Assembly (NCBI GenBank): GCA_030430535.1
Contig: JAUIKY010000011.1
Span: forward strand, 13,920-77,919
Direction: 5' to 3'
DNA from: Bacteroidia bacterium
GTDB lineage: Bacteria > Bacteroidota > Bacteroidia > Flavobacteriales > Flavobacteriaceae
Length of the DNA: 64,000 bases
A program made the translations under genes and the position numbers. The notes under the pieces are model-generated. The model was not told where the DNA came from. It was given only the letters and a program-made list of their open reading frames with translations, and made no database searches. The stretch's first letter is position 1. The number at the start of each line of letters is the position of its first letter. This document shows positions 39,068 through 48,377 of the stretch, one piece after another.

Positions 39068-39790
39068 TTAAGAATGGGCTTTTAATTTCCTTAAATACAT
39101 CTGGATAACGTTTTCAACGCCCAAATATAAACTTTCGGCCACTAAAGCATGCCCAATGGACACTTCCAATAAACCGGGAATATTCTTTTTGAAAAATTCA
39201 ATATTATCCAACGACAAGTCGTGCCCTGCATTCAGTCCCAATCCGAGTTCTTTTGCCAATTCAGCACTTTCGGTATAGGGTTTAACACCTTCTAAATTTC
39301 CCAAACCGTATTGATGCGCAAAACCTTCGGTGTACAATTCCACTCTATCGGTACCAGTTGCTTTGGCCCCTTCAATTTGCTTTAAAACAGGATCGACAAA
39401 AATAGACGTTCGGATGCCGTTTTGCTGAAATTCCTTAATCACATCAACCAAAAAATCTTTGTGCTTTAAGGTATCCCATCCGGCGTTGCTGGTAATGGCA
39501 TCTTCGGCATCGGGCACTAAGGTAACCTGCGTAGGCTTTACCTCCAAAACCAAATCCATAAACGATTTTATGGGGTTGCCCTCAATATTATATTCGGTGC
39601 AAACTACCGGTTTTAAATCGCGGGCGTCTTGATAGCGGATGTGCCGTTCGTCTGGCCTCGGATGAATGGTAACACCCTCGGCACCAAAACGCTGCACATC
39701 TTTGGCAAACTGCACCACATTGGGCACATCGCCACCCCTCGAATTCCGCAACGTGGCAATCTTATTAATATTAACGCTTAACTTGGCCAT
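39068..39790 (-). CDS. pdxJ: Pyridoxine 5'-phosphate synthase
   Basis: LSVNINKIATLRNSRG, ITIH/VTIHPRPDERHI, VELYT, NAGHDL, VSIGHAL. Confidence 0.96.
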   Translation of the reverse strand: MAKLSVNINKIATLRNSRGGDVPNVVQFAKDVQRFGAEGVTIHPRPDERHIRYQDARDLKPVVCTEYNIEGNPIKSFMDLVLEVKPTQVTLVPDAEDAITSNAGWDTLKHKDFLVDVIKEFQQNGIRTSIFVDPVLKQIEGAKATGTDRVELYTEGFAHQYGLGNLEGVKPYTESAELAKELGLGLNAGHDLSLDNIEFFKKNIPGLLEVSIGHALVAESLYLGVENVIQMYLRKLKAHS

Positions 39791-39878
39791 AAATCGGTTT
39801 TATTCAGCAAAAATACAAAGTAGAACACGCTTACATAGTATTTTTTTGATTAATTTGCGGTACCTTTAAAAAGAGACT

Positions 39879-40538
39879 ATGCGACTTTCGGAATACATAA
39901 TCAACGATGTAAAGCCCCTTAATATTAACAGTAAGGCCAGCGAGCTGCAGCTTCTTTTTAACCAACTTACCTTTTCGCACATTCCCGTAAAGGACGACAA
40001 CGGCACTTTTTTAGGTTCCTTTTCGGAAACCGACGCCCATTGTTTTGACGGCGAAAAACCGTTAAAAGAATATGTGTACGCCCTTGAAGATTTTTATGTA
40101 AGGGACAATGCGGTTTGGCTGGATATTTTAGAAGAATTTGCCGTAAACGCCAACAATATTATGCCTGTTCTCGATGCTAAAAACCATTATTTGGGCTATT
40201 ACGAACTTAACGACGTTATCAGCCTGTTTAGCGAATCGCCCTTCTTTTCTGAAGCTGGTGGTATTTTGGTGATTGAAAAAGGCATCAATGATTATTCGTT
40301 TAGTGAAATTAGCCAAATAGTAGAATCTAACGACGGTAAACTTTTGGGCGCATTTGTTTCAAAAATGAACAGCGACCTGATACAAATCACTTTAAAAATT
40401 GGCAATACGGGGCTCAACGAAATCATTCAAACATTCAGAAGATATAGCTACAACATCGTTTCTGGCCACGAAGAAGATGGCTATCTAGAAACCTTGAAAG
40501 AACGCTCTAATTACTTAAAAAGATATTTAAACATATGA
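39879..40538 (+). CDS. CBS domain protein (AcuB-like, C-terminal ACT-like domain)
   Basis: Two CBS-like segments (HIPV, IMPVLD...YLGYY); upstream of NAD kinase. Confidence 0.7.
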   Translation: MRLSEYIINDVKPLNINSKASELQLLFNQLTFSHIPVKDDNGTFLGSFSETDAHCFDGEKPLKEYVYALEDFYVRDNAVWLDILEEFAVNANNIMPVLDAKNHYLGYYELNDVISLFSESPFFSEAGGILVIEKGINDYSFSEISQIVESNDGKLLGAFVSKMNSDLIQITLKIGNTGLNEIIQTFRRYSYNIVSGHEEDGYLETLKERSNYLKRYLNI

Positions 40539-41422
40539 TGAAGGTTGCCATTTTCGGACGTTTTTACAACAAAACCACATCAGCTTCCGTCGAAACCCTG
40601 TTTCAATATTTACTAAAAAAAGATATTGACGCTTACATTGAAAGTCATTTTTTCAAAATAATAAGCGATAATTCGCCGAACATAAAAGATTTTAATTCGT
40701 TTAAAACCTTCGACACACTCGACACATCATTCGATTTGCTGGTAAGTGTGGGCGGCGATGGCACCATTTTACGCGCCATTACTTTTGTAAAGGATATCGA
40801 TATACCCATTATTGGTATCAACACCGGAAGGCTTGGTTTTTTGGCAACTATTCAGGTAGATGATATCGAGCGTGCCATGCAAAGTATTATTGATGGCAAA
40901 TACAACATCTCAGAGCGCAGTTTGCTTTCGGTGGAAACATCGCCTGAAAACTCAGATATAAAATCGCTCAATTTCGCGCTGAACGAAATTGCCGTAAGCC
41001 GAAAAAACACCACCTCGATGATTACCGTTGAAACCCATTTGGACGGCGAATACCTCACCTCGTATTGGAGCGACGGGTTAATCGTTTCAACCCCCACTGG
41101 ATCCACCGGCTATTCATTAAGTTGTGGCGGCCCGGTAATTACACCCAGCACCAACAGTTTTGCTCTTACACCCATTGCACCGCACAACCTGAGTGCGCGT
41201 CCGTTGATTATTCCCGACTCTACCGTAATTGAACTTCGGGTGGATGGCCGCGAAGAACAGCACTTGGTATCTTTAGATTCCAGAATTGCTACGTTGGACA
41301 ATGGCACGCTTATAAAAATCAAAAAGGCCGATTTTAAAATCAAAATGATCGACCTCCTGGACGAAAGCTTCTTGGACACCCTTAGGAAAAAACTCCTTTG
41401 GGGCGAAGACAAACGCAATTAA
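40535..41422 (+). CDS. nadK: NAD kinase
   Basis: VGGDGTIL, GINTGRLGFL, ALNE, DGLIVSTPTGSTGYSLSCGGP. Confidence 0.95.
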   Translation: MMKVAIFGRFYNKTTSASVETLFQYLLKKDIDAYIESHFFKIISDNSPNIKDFNSFKTFDTLDTSFDLLVSVGGDGTILRAITFVKDIDIPIIGINTGRLGFLATIQVDDIERAMQSIIDGKYNISERSLLSVETSPENSDIKSLNFALNEIAVSRKNTTSMITVETHLDGEYLTSYWSDGLIVSTPTGSTGYSLSCGGPVITPSTNSFALTPIAPHNLSARPLIIPDSTVIELRVDGREEQHLVSLDSRIATLDNGTLIKIKKADFKIKMIDLLDESFLDTLRKKLLWGEDKRN

Positions 41423-41522
41423 AACAATAATTTAAGAGAATTTCTGTTTTAAAACCAGACAATTTTGTTCATATTATTTTGAACACATCTTATTTATTAT
41501 ATTTGCAAACTTTCGAACATTT

Positions 41523-42209
41523 ATGAGGCATTTAACCCTTTTGATTATTAGCATTTTAAGCATTCAATTTAGCCATTCCCAAATTTTTGAAATTGGCGGA
41601 TTTGCTGGCGGAAGCAATTTAATTGGCGATGTTGGTGCCAGCGACTATATAAACCCAAATGCCCCTGCGTTGGGCTTGTTGTTTAAATGGAATCGAAGCA
41701 AAAGGCATTCATGGCGGGCGTCATTGATTTATTCAGACCTGAAAGCCTACGACAGCAAATCGGACGACCCAAGAAGAATTCAAAGAGACTACGATTTCGA
41801 TTCCAATCTGTTGGAAATTTCAGCAGGTATGGAATTTACGTTTATGGATTTCAACCTGCACTCTGGCAGAACCGTGGCCACCCCTTATCTGTACTCCGGC
41901 ATAAGCGTGGCGAAGCATGACAACTACTATTTTTTAAACGGTATACAAACTTCTGAAAACACTTCCAGTTGGGCCTACGGTATCCCAATGGCTTTAGGGT
42001 TTAAAACCAATATTTTAGGAAACTTTATTTTAGGACTTGAAGTGGGTGCGCGATATACGTTTTCAGACGAAATTGATGGCAGTATGCCAGACGACCAATG
42101 GAGAAGCCAATACCGTTTTGGAAACATAAACAACAACGACTGGTATGTGTTCTCAGGAATTACATTAACTTACACCTTTGGTGAAAACCCTTGCTATTGT
42201 GTAGACTAA
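41523..42209 (+). CDS. porG: Type IX secretion system protein PorG (DUF6089)
   Basis: Signal peptide, IGDVG, NNDWYVFSGITLTYTF; position between nadK and uppS-bamA. Confidence 0.75.
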   Translation: MRHLTLLIISILSIQFSHSQIFEIGGFAGGSNLIGDVGASDYINPNAPALGLLFKWNRSKRHSWRASLIYSDLKAYDSKSDDPRRIQRDYDFDSNLLEISAGMEFTFMDFNLHSGRTVATPYLYSGISVAKHDNYYFLNGIQTSENTSSWAYGIPMALGFKTNILGNFILGLEVGARYTFSDEIDGSMPDDQWRSQYRFGNINNNDWYVFSGITLTYTFGENPCYCVD

Positions 42210-42211
42210 AA

Positions 42212-42952
42212 ATGGATTTAAAAAGCAACATAAACGAAAAAAGATTACCCAAACATATCGCCGTGATTATGGATGGCAACGGGCGTTGGGCCAAACAACA
42301 GGGCATGGCTCGTGCTTTTGGCCACGAAAACGGCACCAAATCGGTTAGAGAAACCGTTGAAGCCTGCGCCGAACTGGGCATTGAAAACCTTACCCTTTAT
42401 GCCTTTTCTACAGAAAACTGGAAACGTCCTAAATTAGAGGTACAAACCCTTATGAAGCTTTTAGTATCTTCACTAAAAAAAGAGATCAAAACACTACAAG
42501 ACAACAACATAAGGCTAAACGCCATTGGCACTTTGCATACCTTACCCAAAAAAGTACATAAAGAACTTTTTGAGGTAATAAAAAGCACTGAAAACAACAG
42601 TAGAATGACTTTAACGCTGGCCTTAAGCTACGGATCTAGGGAAGAATTGATAAACTCCGTAAAAGAAATTAGCATTAAAGTTAAAAATAATATAATTTCG
42701 CCCGAGAAAATTGATGAATCAATTATAAATGAGCATCTTTACACGCACAATTTACCAGATGTAGATTTGCTTATTAGAACTAGCGGAGAACAACGTATAA
42801 GCAACTTTCTGCTATGGCAAATAGCTTATGCTGAATTATTTTTTACAAATGTTCTGTGGCCAGATTTTAAGAGGCAACATTTGTATGAAGCTATTATTGA
42901 ATATCAAAAAAGAGAACGAAGATTTGGGAAAACAAGCGAACAACTTAGTTAA
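42212..42952 (+). CDS. uppS: Undecaprenyl diphosphate synthase
   Basis: HIAVIMDGNGRWA, YAFSTENWKRP, IRTSGEQRISNFLLWQ. Confidence 0.97.
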   Translation: MDLKSNINEKRLPKHIAVIMDGNGRWAKQQGMARAFGHENGTKSVRETVEACAELGIENLTLYAFSTENWKRPKLEVQTLMKLLVSSLKKEIKTLQDNNIRLNAIGTLHTLPKKVHKELFEVIKSTENNSRMTLTLALSYGSREELINSVKEISIKVKNNIISPEKIDESIINEHLYTHNLPDVDLLIRTSGEQRISNFLLWQIAYAELFFTNVLWPDFKRQHLYEAIIEYQKRERRFGKTSEQLS

Positions 42953-45536
42953 GTTACCTGCAATAACATATTTACAGTACTTTTTTACTATAGCCTTCTT
43001 TATCGGTTGCTTTGCAGTCCAAGCACAAGATGTTAATTACATTAAAGGCAAAAAATACATTTTAGAAGATATTTCGGTTTTGGGCAACACCTCGTTTGCC
43101 GACCAAACCATTATTACCTACTCGGGGCTTAGAAAAGACAGCGAAATCACCATCCCCGGTGAAGACATTGCCAACGCCATTAAAAAGTTATGGAATTCCA
43201 AACTCTTCAGCGATATTGAAGTTTATGTTACTAAAATTGAAGGCGACAAGGCCTACCTTCAAATTCAACTTTCCGATTTACCCCAGCTTAACGACATAAA
43301 AATAAACGGCGTTAAAAAAGGAAAAGTTGAAGGCATTATTAACGACAACAAATTAAAAAAAGGCACAAAAGTTACCGAAAACCTGATTACCACCACTAAA
43401 AACCATTTGGTAAAAAAATATAAAAAAGACGGTTACTACAACACCAAAGTGCACATCAACACCATCGACATTAAAGACTCCATACAAACCGCCAGAGTGA
43501 ACATGGTGGTTAATATCGATAAAGGTGAAAAGGTAAAAATTAAGGACATTGTATTTTCAGGCAACGAAGTTTTAAGTGATAAAAGGCTTAGAAAAGCCAT
43601 GAAAAGCACCAAGAAAATTAACCGTCTGCGTATTTTAAAACGCTCTAAATATATCGACTCCGCCTACCAAGCCGATTTGGGACATATTGTTGATACTTAC
43701 AAAGAAAACGGTTACCGCGATGCCCGAATCCTATCGGACAGCTTGGTAGTTAATAACGATAAAACCATTTCGCTTTACATTGACGTTACCGAAGGAGAAC
43801 AATATACTTTTGGCGATATTAAGTTTATTGGAAACACGGTATATTCAAACGAATACTTAAGTAGATTGCTACGAATAAGAAAAGGCGACACCTACAACGG
43901 CGTACTGCTTCAAAAACGTATTCAAGACAATTCTAAACCCGATGCTTTCGATATTACCAACGAATACCAAAACAACGGCTATTTGTTCTCCCAAATCAAT
44001 CCGGTCGAGGTCAGTGCCGAAAACAATGTGATTGATATGGAAATTAGAATTTCCGAAGGCAAACCCGCCTATTTCAACACCGTTTCGGTAGTAGGCAACG
44101 ATAAAACCAACGACCACGTTATTTACCGCGAACTGCGTACGCGCCCCGGGCAACTGTACAGTAAAGCCAATGTAGTGCGTACCGTAAGGGAATTGGGGCA
44201 ATTGGGCTTTTTTGATGCCCAAGAAATCTCGCCCGACTTTAAAAATGCCAACCCCATGGAAGGTACGATTGATATGGAATACTCGGTAAAAGAAACCGGT
44301 TCCAGCCAAATCGAGTTACAAGGTGGCTACGGCGGTGGTGGTTTTATCGGTACTTTAGGATTATCGTTCAACAACTTTTCCATTAAAGACATTTTTAAGA
44401 AAGAGGCCTATAAACCCATCCCGATGGGCGACGGACAAAAATTAGCACTCCGTTTACAGGCCAGCCGTTTTTATCAAACCTATAGTTTTTCGTTTTCAGA
44501 ACCTTGGATGGGTGGCAAACGTCCCGTACAGTTTTCAACCTCGTTATCGCACACCAAGCAGTTTTTATGGAATCGAGTTACTAGAGATGCAGATAAAAGC
44601 AGAAGCTTCAATATTACCGGTATTACTTTTGGTTTGGCTAAACGTTTAACAGTTCCCGATGATTTCTTTACCTTATCGCAAGCCATCAGTTTCCAACGTT
44701 ACGACTTGAACAATTACAACACCGGGCTATTTACCTTTGGTGATGGGTACTCCAACAACTTATCGTACACCGTTGGTTTAAGCCGAAACAATACCAATGT
44801 GGACCCTATTTTTCCAACGGGAGGATCGAAGTTTTCGGTTACTGGTAAATTCTCTTTGCCGTATTCACTTTTTAACGGCGTAGACTACGAACAGCTTTCT
44901 AAAGAATACAATGAAGCCCAAATTGACAAAGCCAACGCCGAAAGCCCCGCCGATTTTGATTATATACAAGCTAACGAAAAAATTACCGAAATAGACCAAG
45001 AGCGTTACAAATGGCTTGAGTTTTATAAAATCAACTTTAAAGGCGAGTGGTACACCGAAATCACCAAAAACTTGGTATTAAGACCTCTTGTGGAGTTTGG
45101 CTTTTTAGGCGCCTACAACCAAGACCGTGGTGTGATTCCTTTTGAACGTTATTTTGTGGGAGGTGATGGTTTAGGCAATTACAGTTTAGATGGCCGTGAG
45201 GCGATTCAATTACGTGGTTACCCCAATCAATCATTATCCAATGTAGATGGTGGTTCCATTTATAATAAATACTCCTTGGAATTGCGTTATCCCATTACCT
45301 TAAAAGCATCGGCAAAAATTTATGCACTAGCCTTTTTGGAGGCCGGTAGCTCTTATGATAGTTTCAGGGATTTCAATCCATTTAACGTAAATCGTTCCGC
45401 AGGTTTGGGGCTTCGTATTTTTATGCCGGCATTTGGATTATTGGGTATCGATTTTGGTCACGGTTTCGACCCTGTACCTGGCGAAACCACCAAGCACGGT
45501 TGGGAAACCCACTTCATTATTGGGCAACAATTTTAA
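42924..45536 (+). CDS. bamA: Outer-membrane assembly factor BamA
   Basis: POTRA domains, GNDKTNDHVIYRELR, LRGYP motif, C-terminal HFIIGQQF; TTG start at 42924 inferred. Confidence 0.95.
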   Translation: MGKQANNLVKLPAITYLQYFFTIAFFIGCFAVQAQDVNYIKGKKYILEDISVLGNTSFADQTIITYSGLRKDSEITIPGEDIANAIKKLWNSKLFSDIEVYVTKIEGDKAYLQIQLSDLPQLNDIKINGVKKGKVEGIINDNKLKKGTKVTENLITTTKNHLVKKYKKDGYYNTKVHINTIDIKDSIQTARVNMVVNIDKGEKVKIKDIVFSGNEVLSDKRLRKAMKSTKKINRLRILKRSKYIDSAYQADLGHIVDTYKENGYRDARILSDSLVVNNDKTISLYIDVTEGEQYTFGDIKFIGNTVYSNEYLSRLLRIRKGDTYNGVLLQKRIQDNSKPDAFDITNEYQNNGYLFSQINPVEVSAENNVIDMEIRISEGKPAYFNTVSVVGNDKTNDHVIYRELRTRPGQLYSKANVVRTVRELGQLGFFDAQEISPDFKNANPMEGTIDMEYSVKETGSSQIELQGGYGGGGFIGTLGLSFNNFSIKDIFKKEAYKPIPMGDGQKLALRLQASRFYQTYSFSFSEPWMGGKRPVQFSTSLSHTKQFLWNRVTRDADKSRSFNITGITFGLAKRLTVPDDFFTLSQAISFQRYDLNNYNTGLFTFGDGYSNNLSYTVGLSRNNTNVDPIFPTGGSKFSVTGKFSLPYSLFNGVDYEQLSKEYNEAQIDKANAESPADFDYIQANEKITEIDQERYKWLEFYKINFKGEWYTEITKNLVLRPLVEFGFLGAYNQDRGVIPFERYFVGGDGLGNYSLDGREAIQLRGYPNQSLSNVDGGSIYNKYSLELRYPITLKASAKIYALAFLEAGSSYDSFRDFNPFNVNRSAGLGLRIFMPAFGLLGIDFGHGFDPVPGETTKHGWETHFIIGQQF

Positions 45537-45706
45537 GTACTTAATTTATTTTGGCACGATATTTTCTATTTACATCATGATGATTTGCACGAGAATAAAA
45601 TTTTTAAGATTAAAATTCGTTAATTTTGAAGACCGAATTCAACAGGGCAGCCAAACCATCTGCCTGTTTAGAATTTGCAATCCATAAATTATAAAAAATT
45701 AAACCG

Positions 45707-46729
45707 ATGCAAAACAACGTTCTTTTTTTACTGACATTAGTCGCTATGCTAAGCCTGTCTTCCCTTAATGCACAACGCGGGGTTAGGATTGCTTACATAG
45801 ATACTGAATATATTTTAGAGAATGTTCCGGAATATCAAGAAGCCACACAGCAATTAAATGCCAAAGCCCAAAAGTGGAAAAACGAAATCCAACAAAAATT
45901 GGCCGCTGTAGAACAAAAACGCGAAGCTTTAAATAACGAAAAAGCTTTATTGACTACCGAGCTGATTGAAGAACGCCAAGAAGATATCGATTTTGAAGAA
46001 GCTGAAATATTGGATTACCAACAAAAACGATTTGGCCCCAATGGCGATTTGTTCATTCAAAAAAAACAATTGATGCAGCCGGTGCAAGATCAAATATTCG
46101 CCGCCGTTCAAGATTTGGCAGAAGGCAGAAAGTATGATTTTATTTTCGATAAATCCTCTGATGCCACCATGCTCTTTTCGGCAAAACAATACGATTTAAG
46201 CGAGCAGGTGTTGCGAAGCATTACACGTACCGCAAAACGCACACAGGCCCAAAACCGAGCCGAACGTAAAGCTGCTGAGGAAGAGGAATTGATTCCTGAA
46301 GTAAACGAAGAATTGGAAGCTCGCGAAAAAGCTTTGGAAGAAAAAAAGGAAGCCCGAGCGGAAGCTGTTGAAAAACGTCGACAAGAAATTCTTGCTGCCC
46401 GTGAAGCCAAGAAAAAAGAAGCCGAAGAGCGCCGACAAAAAATATTGGAAGAACGCGAAAAGGCCAGACAAGCTAGATTGGATGCCAGAAACCAAACTGA
46501 CACGAGCGAGGAAACCGAGGAAGTAGAAAACGGCGAGGAAACAACCCAACCTTCAGCAGAAAAAACGGAAGAGGCTCCAAAAACCCAAGCCGAACTGATT
46601 GAAGAAAACCGACAACGCAAACTGGCCGAACGGGAAGCTCGCCAAAAAGAACTGGAAGAAAGAAAACAAAAAATATTGGAAGAACGCCAAAAACGAAGAG
46701 ATAGCATTATAAATGCTAGAAAGAATTAA
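45707..46729 (+). CDS. skp: OmpH/Skp chaperone with long charged C-terminal extension
   Basis: RIAYIDTEYIL...YDFIFDKS Skp core, then E/K/R/A-rich tail. Confidence 0.85.
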   Translation: MQNNVLFLLTLVAMLSLSSLNAQRGVRIAYIDTEYILENVPEYQEATQQLNAKAQKWKNEIQQKLAAVEQKREALNNEKALLTTELIEERQEDIDFEEAEILDYQQKRFGPNGDLFIQKKQLMQPVQDQIFAAVQDLAEGRKYDFIFDKSSDATMLFSAKQYDLSEQVLRSITRTAKRTQAQNRAERKAAEEEELIPEVNEELEAREKALEEKKEARAEAVEKRRQEILAAREAKKKEAEERRQKILEEREKARQARLDARNQTDTSEETEEVENGEETTQPSAEKTEEAPKTQAELIEENRQRKLAEREARQKELEERKQKILEERQKRRDSIINARKN

Positions 46730-46768
46730 ACAAAAATAAATTTATAACACACTTAACATTAATTAAAA

Positions 46769-47266
46769 ATGAAACAATTTAGAACTCTATTATTAGCAAC
46801 CGCATTATGTCTCATAGCTGTAAGTTTTGCACAAGCACAAAAGGTTGCCCATATAAACACGCAAGAATTGATTGCAGCCATGCCAGAAGCCAAGGCTGCG
46901 CAAGCTGAGATTGAGGCTTTAGGTAAAACCTATCAAACCGACATCCAAGCTTCGATTACCGAGTACCAAAATACCGTAAAACAATACGAAGCTGAGGCCG
47001 CTACCAAAACCGACGAAGAAAACCAAAAAAGAGGATTAGAGCTTCAAGAAAAACAACAACGCATCCAACAATTTAGAGCCGATGCACAAAAAGATTTAGC
47101 TCAAAAGGAAGCCGAGTTATTTAAGCCTATTCAAGAAAAAGCCATGAAAGCTATCAACGATGTGGCCAAAGAACAAGGTTACCAATATGTTTTAGACAGA
47201 GCCACTTTAATTGTTGCCGAAGGAAAAGACATCCTTGCCGATGTAAAAAAGAAAATGGGCATCTAA
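46769..47266 (+). CDS. skp: OmpH/Skp chaperone
   Basis: KVAHINTQELIAAMPE, GYQYVLD. Confidence 0.9.
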   Translation: MKQFRTLLLATALCLIAVSFAQAQKVAHINTQELIAAMPEAKAAQAEIEALGKTYQTDIQASITEYQNTVKQYEAEAATKTDEENQKRGLELQEKQQRIQQFRADAQKDLAQKEAELFKPIQEKAMKAINDVAKEQGYQYVLDRATLIVAEGKDILADVKKKMGI

Positions 47267-47290
47267 AAAAATAGGTCAAATAAAAATTTC

Positions 47291-47320
47291 AAAAGCTGTC
47301 TTTTAAAAGGCAGCTTTTTT
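47291..47320 (+). terminator. Intrinsic terminator
   Basis: AAAAGCTGTCTTTT-AAAAGGCAGCTTTTTT. Confidence 0.75.
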
Positions 47321-47334
47321 ATTTTTGTTACACT

Positions 47335-48114
47335 ATGAGCAAACAACCTATTGGTATTTTTGATTCGGGTGTTGGCGGCACTTCCATTTGGAAAGAAATT
47401 CATGCCCTTATGCCCCAAGAAAACTCTATTTATTTAGCCGATAGCAAAAATGCACCCTATGGCCCAAAAGGCAAAACAGCCATTACGGAACTCAGTATAA
47501 AAAATACAGAATATTTAATCGCCCAAGGTTGTAAAATAATAGTAGTAGCTTGCAATACCGCCACCACAAATGCCATTGATTATTTACGTGAAAACTATGC
47601 TATTCCATTTATCGGCATCGAGCCAGCCATTAAACCGGCAGCCCTACAAACACAAACCCATGCCGTAGGTATTTTGGCCACTGAGGGCACCCTAAGCAGT
47701 GAACTCTTCCACAAAACCTCGTTGTTATTTGCCAAAAACATTACCGTTTTAGAACAAATTGGTGATGGTATTGTGGAATTGATTGAAAGTGGACAATTGC
47801 ACTCTGAAGCTATGAGAACGCTCTTAAAACTGTATCTAAAACCAATGATTGAGGCCAACATCGACTATTTGGTATTGGGCTGTACTCATTACCCCTATTT
47901 AATCCCCATCCTTATCGATTTGCTGCCTAAGCATGTGAAAATAATCGATTCCGGTCAAGCCGTAGCCCGACAGACTAAGGCCGTTTTGGAAAAACATCAA
48001 TTGTTAAATCCATCAACGATTCAACCAAATTTACAGTTCTTCACTAACGGAAACCCTAAAATCATGCAATCACTGCTCTCTAAAAAATTTAAGGTTGAAG
48101 CTCTTGATTTTTGA
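47335..48114 (+). CDS. murI: Glutamate racemase
   Basis: FDSGVGG, VACNTAT, VLGCTHYP. Confidence 0.97.
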   Translation: MSKQPIGIFDSGVGGTSIWKEIHALMPQENSIYLADSKNAPYGPKGKTAITELSIKNTEYLIAQGCKIIVVACNTATTNAIDYLRENYAIPFIGIEPAIKPAALQTQTHAVGILATEGTLSSELFHKTSLLFAKNITVLEQIGDGIVELIESGQLHSEAMRTLLKLYLKPMIEANIDYLVLGCTHYPYLIPILIDLLPKHVKIIDSGQAVARQTKAVLEKHQLLNPSTIQPNLQFFTNGNPKIMQSLLSKKFKVEALDF

Positions 48115-48168
48115 TTTTAACTCTTGAGCATAAAAAAAGCCTCCCAAATTTGAGAAGCTTTTTCGAGG

Positions 48169-48250
48169 TGCGGGCGGAGAGACTCGAACTCTCACACCTC
48201 GCGGCACTAGATCCTAAGTCTAGCGTGTCTACCAATTCCACCACGCCCGC
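48169..48250 (-). tRNA. tRNA-Leu(TAG)
   Basis: Acceptor GCGGGCG/CGCCCGC, anticodon arm CTAGA-CTTAGGA-TCTAG, variable arm, AGTTCGAGTCT. Confidence 0.95.
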
Positions 48251-48288
48251 AATATGTACCGTCCCAATTACTATCGGGAATCGGGATG

Positions 48289-48318
48289 CAAATATAAACA
48301 AGATTTTTAAATTGCAAA
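48289..48318 (-). promoter_or_regulatory. Bacteroidota sigma70 promoter for tRNA-Leu
   Basis: Minus strand TTTG-18 nt-TATATTTG. Confidence 0.7.
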
Positions 48319-48377
48319 CACCTAAGCCCTAAAAACATTCTTTTTTTATACTTTTGAAAAGAAAGATTACTCATTTT

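Noticed and set aside
38852-39108. N-terminal extension of the esterase (start 38926) and ORF 38914-39108
   Set aside because: Both run through REP palindromes (VASTPLSH, VASTTLSQ are repeat translations) and a good ATG exists at 38851, unlike hemW where none is available.
42828-42923. Long N-terminal extension of BamA in the ORF track
   Set aside because: It overlaps uppS by over 120 nt; the TTG at 42924 gives a normal signal-peptide region.
45552-45566. Possible sigma54 promoter TGGCACG-N4-TTTC
   Set aside because: The -12 element reads TC, not GC, and a canonical Bacteroidota -7 box lies downstream; insufficient support.
46108-46707. 199-aa Ser/Phe-rich antisense ORF
   Set aside because: Shadow of the E/K/R-rich Skp tail (GAA/AAA codons read as TTC/TTT); likewise the other short antisense ORFs in the track.
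39879-48114. CBS-nadK-porG-uppS-bamA-skp-skp-murI as a novel cluster
   Set aside because: This is a conserved Bacteroidota envelope-biogenesis gene order.
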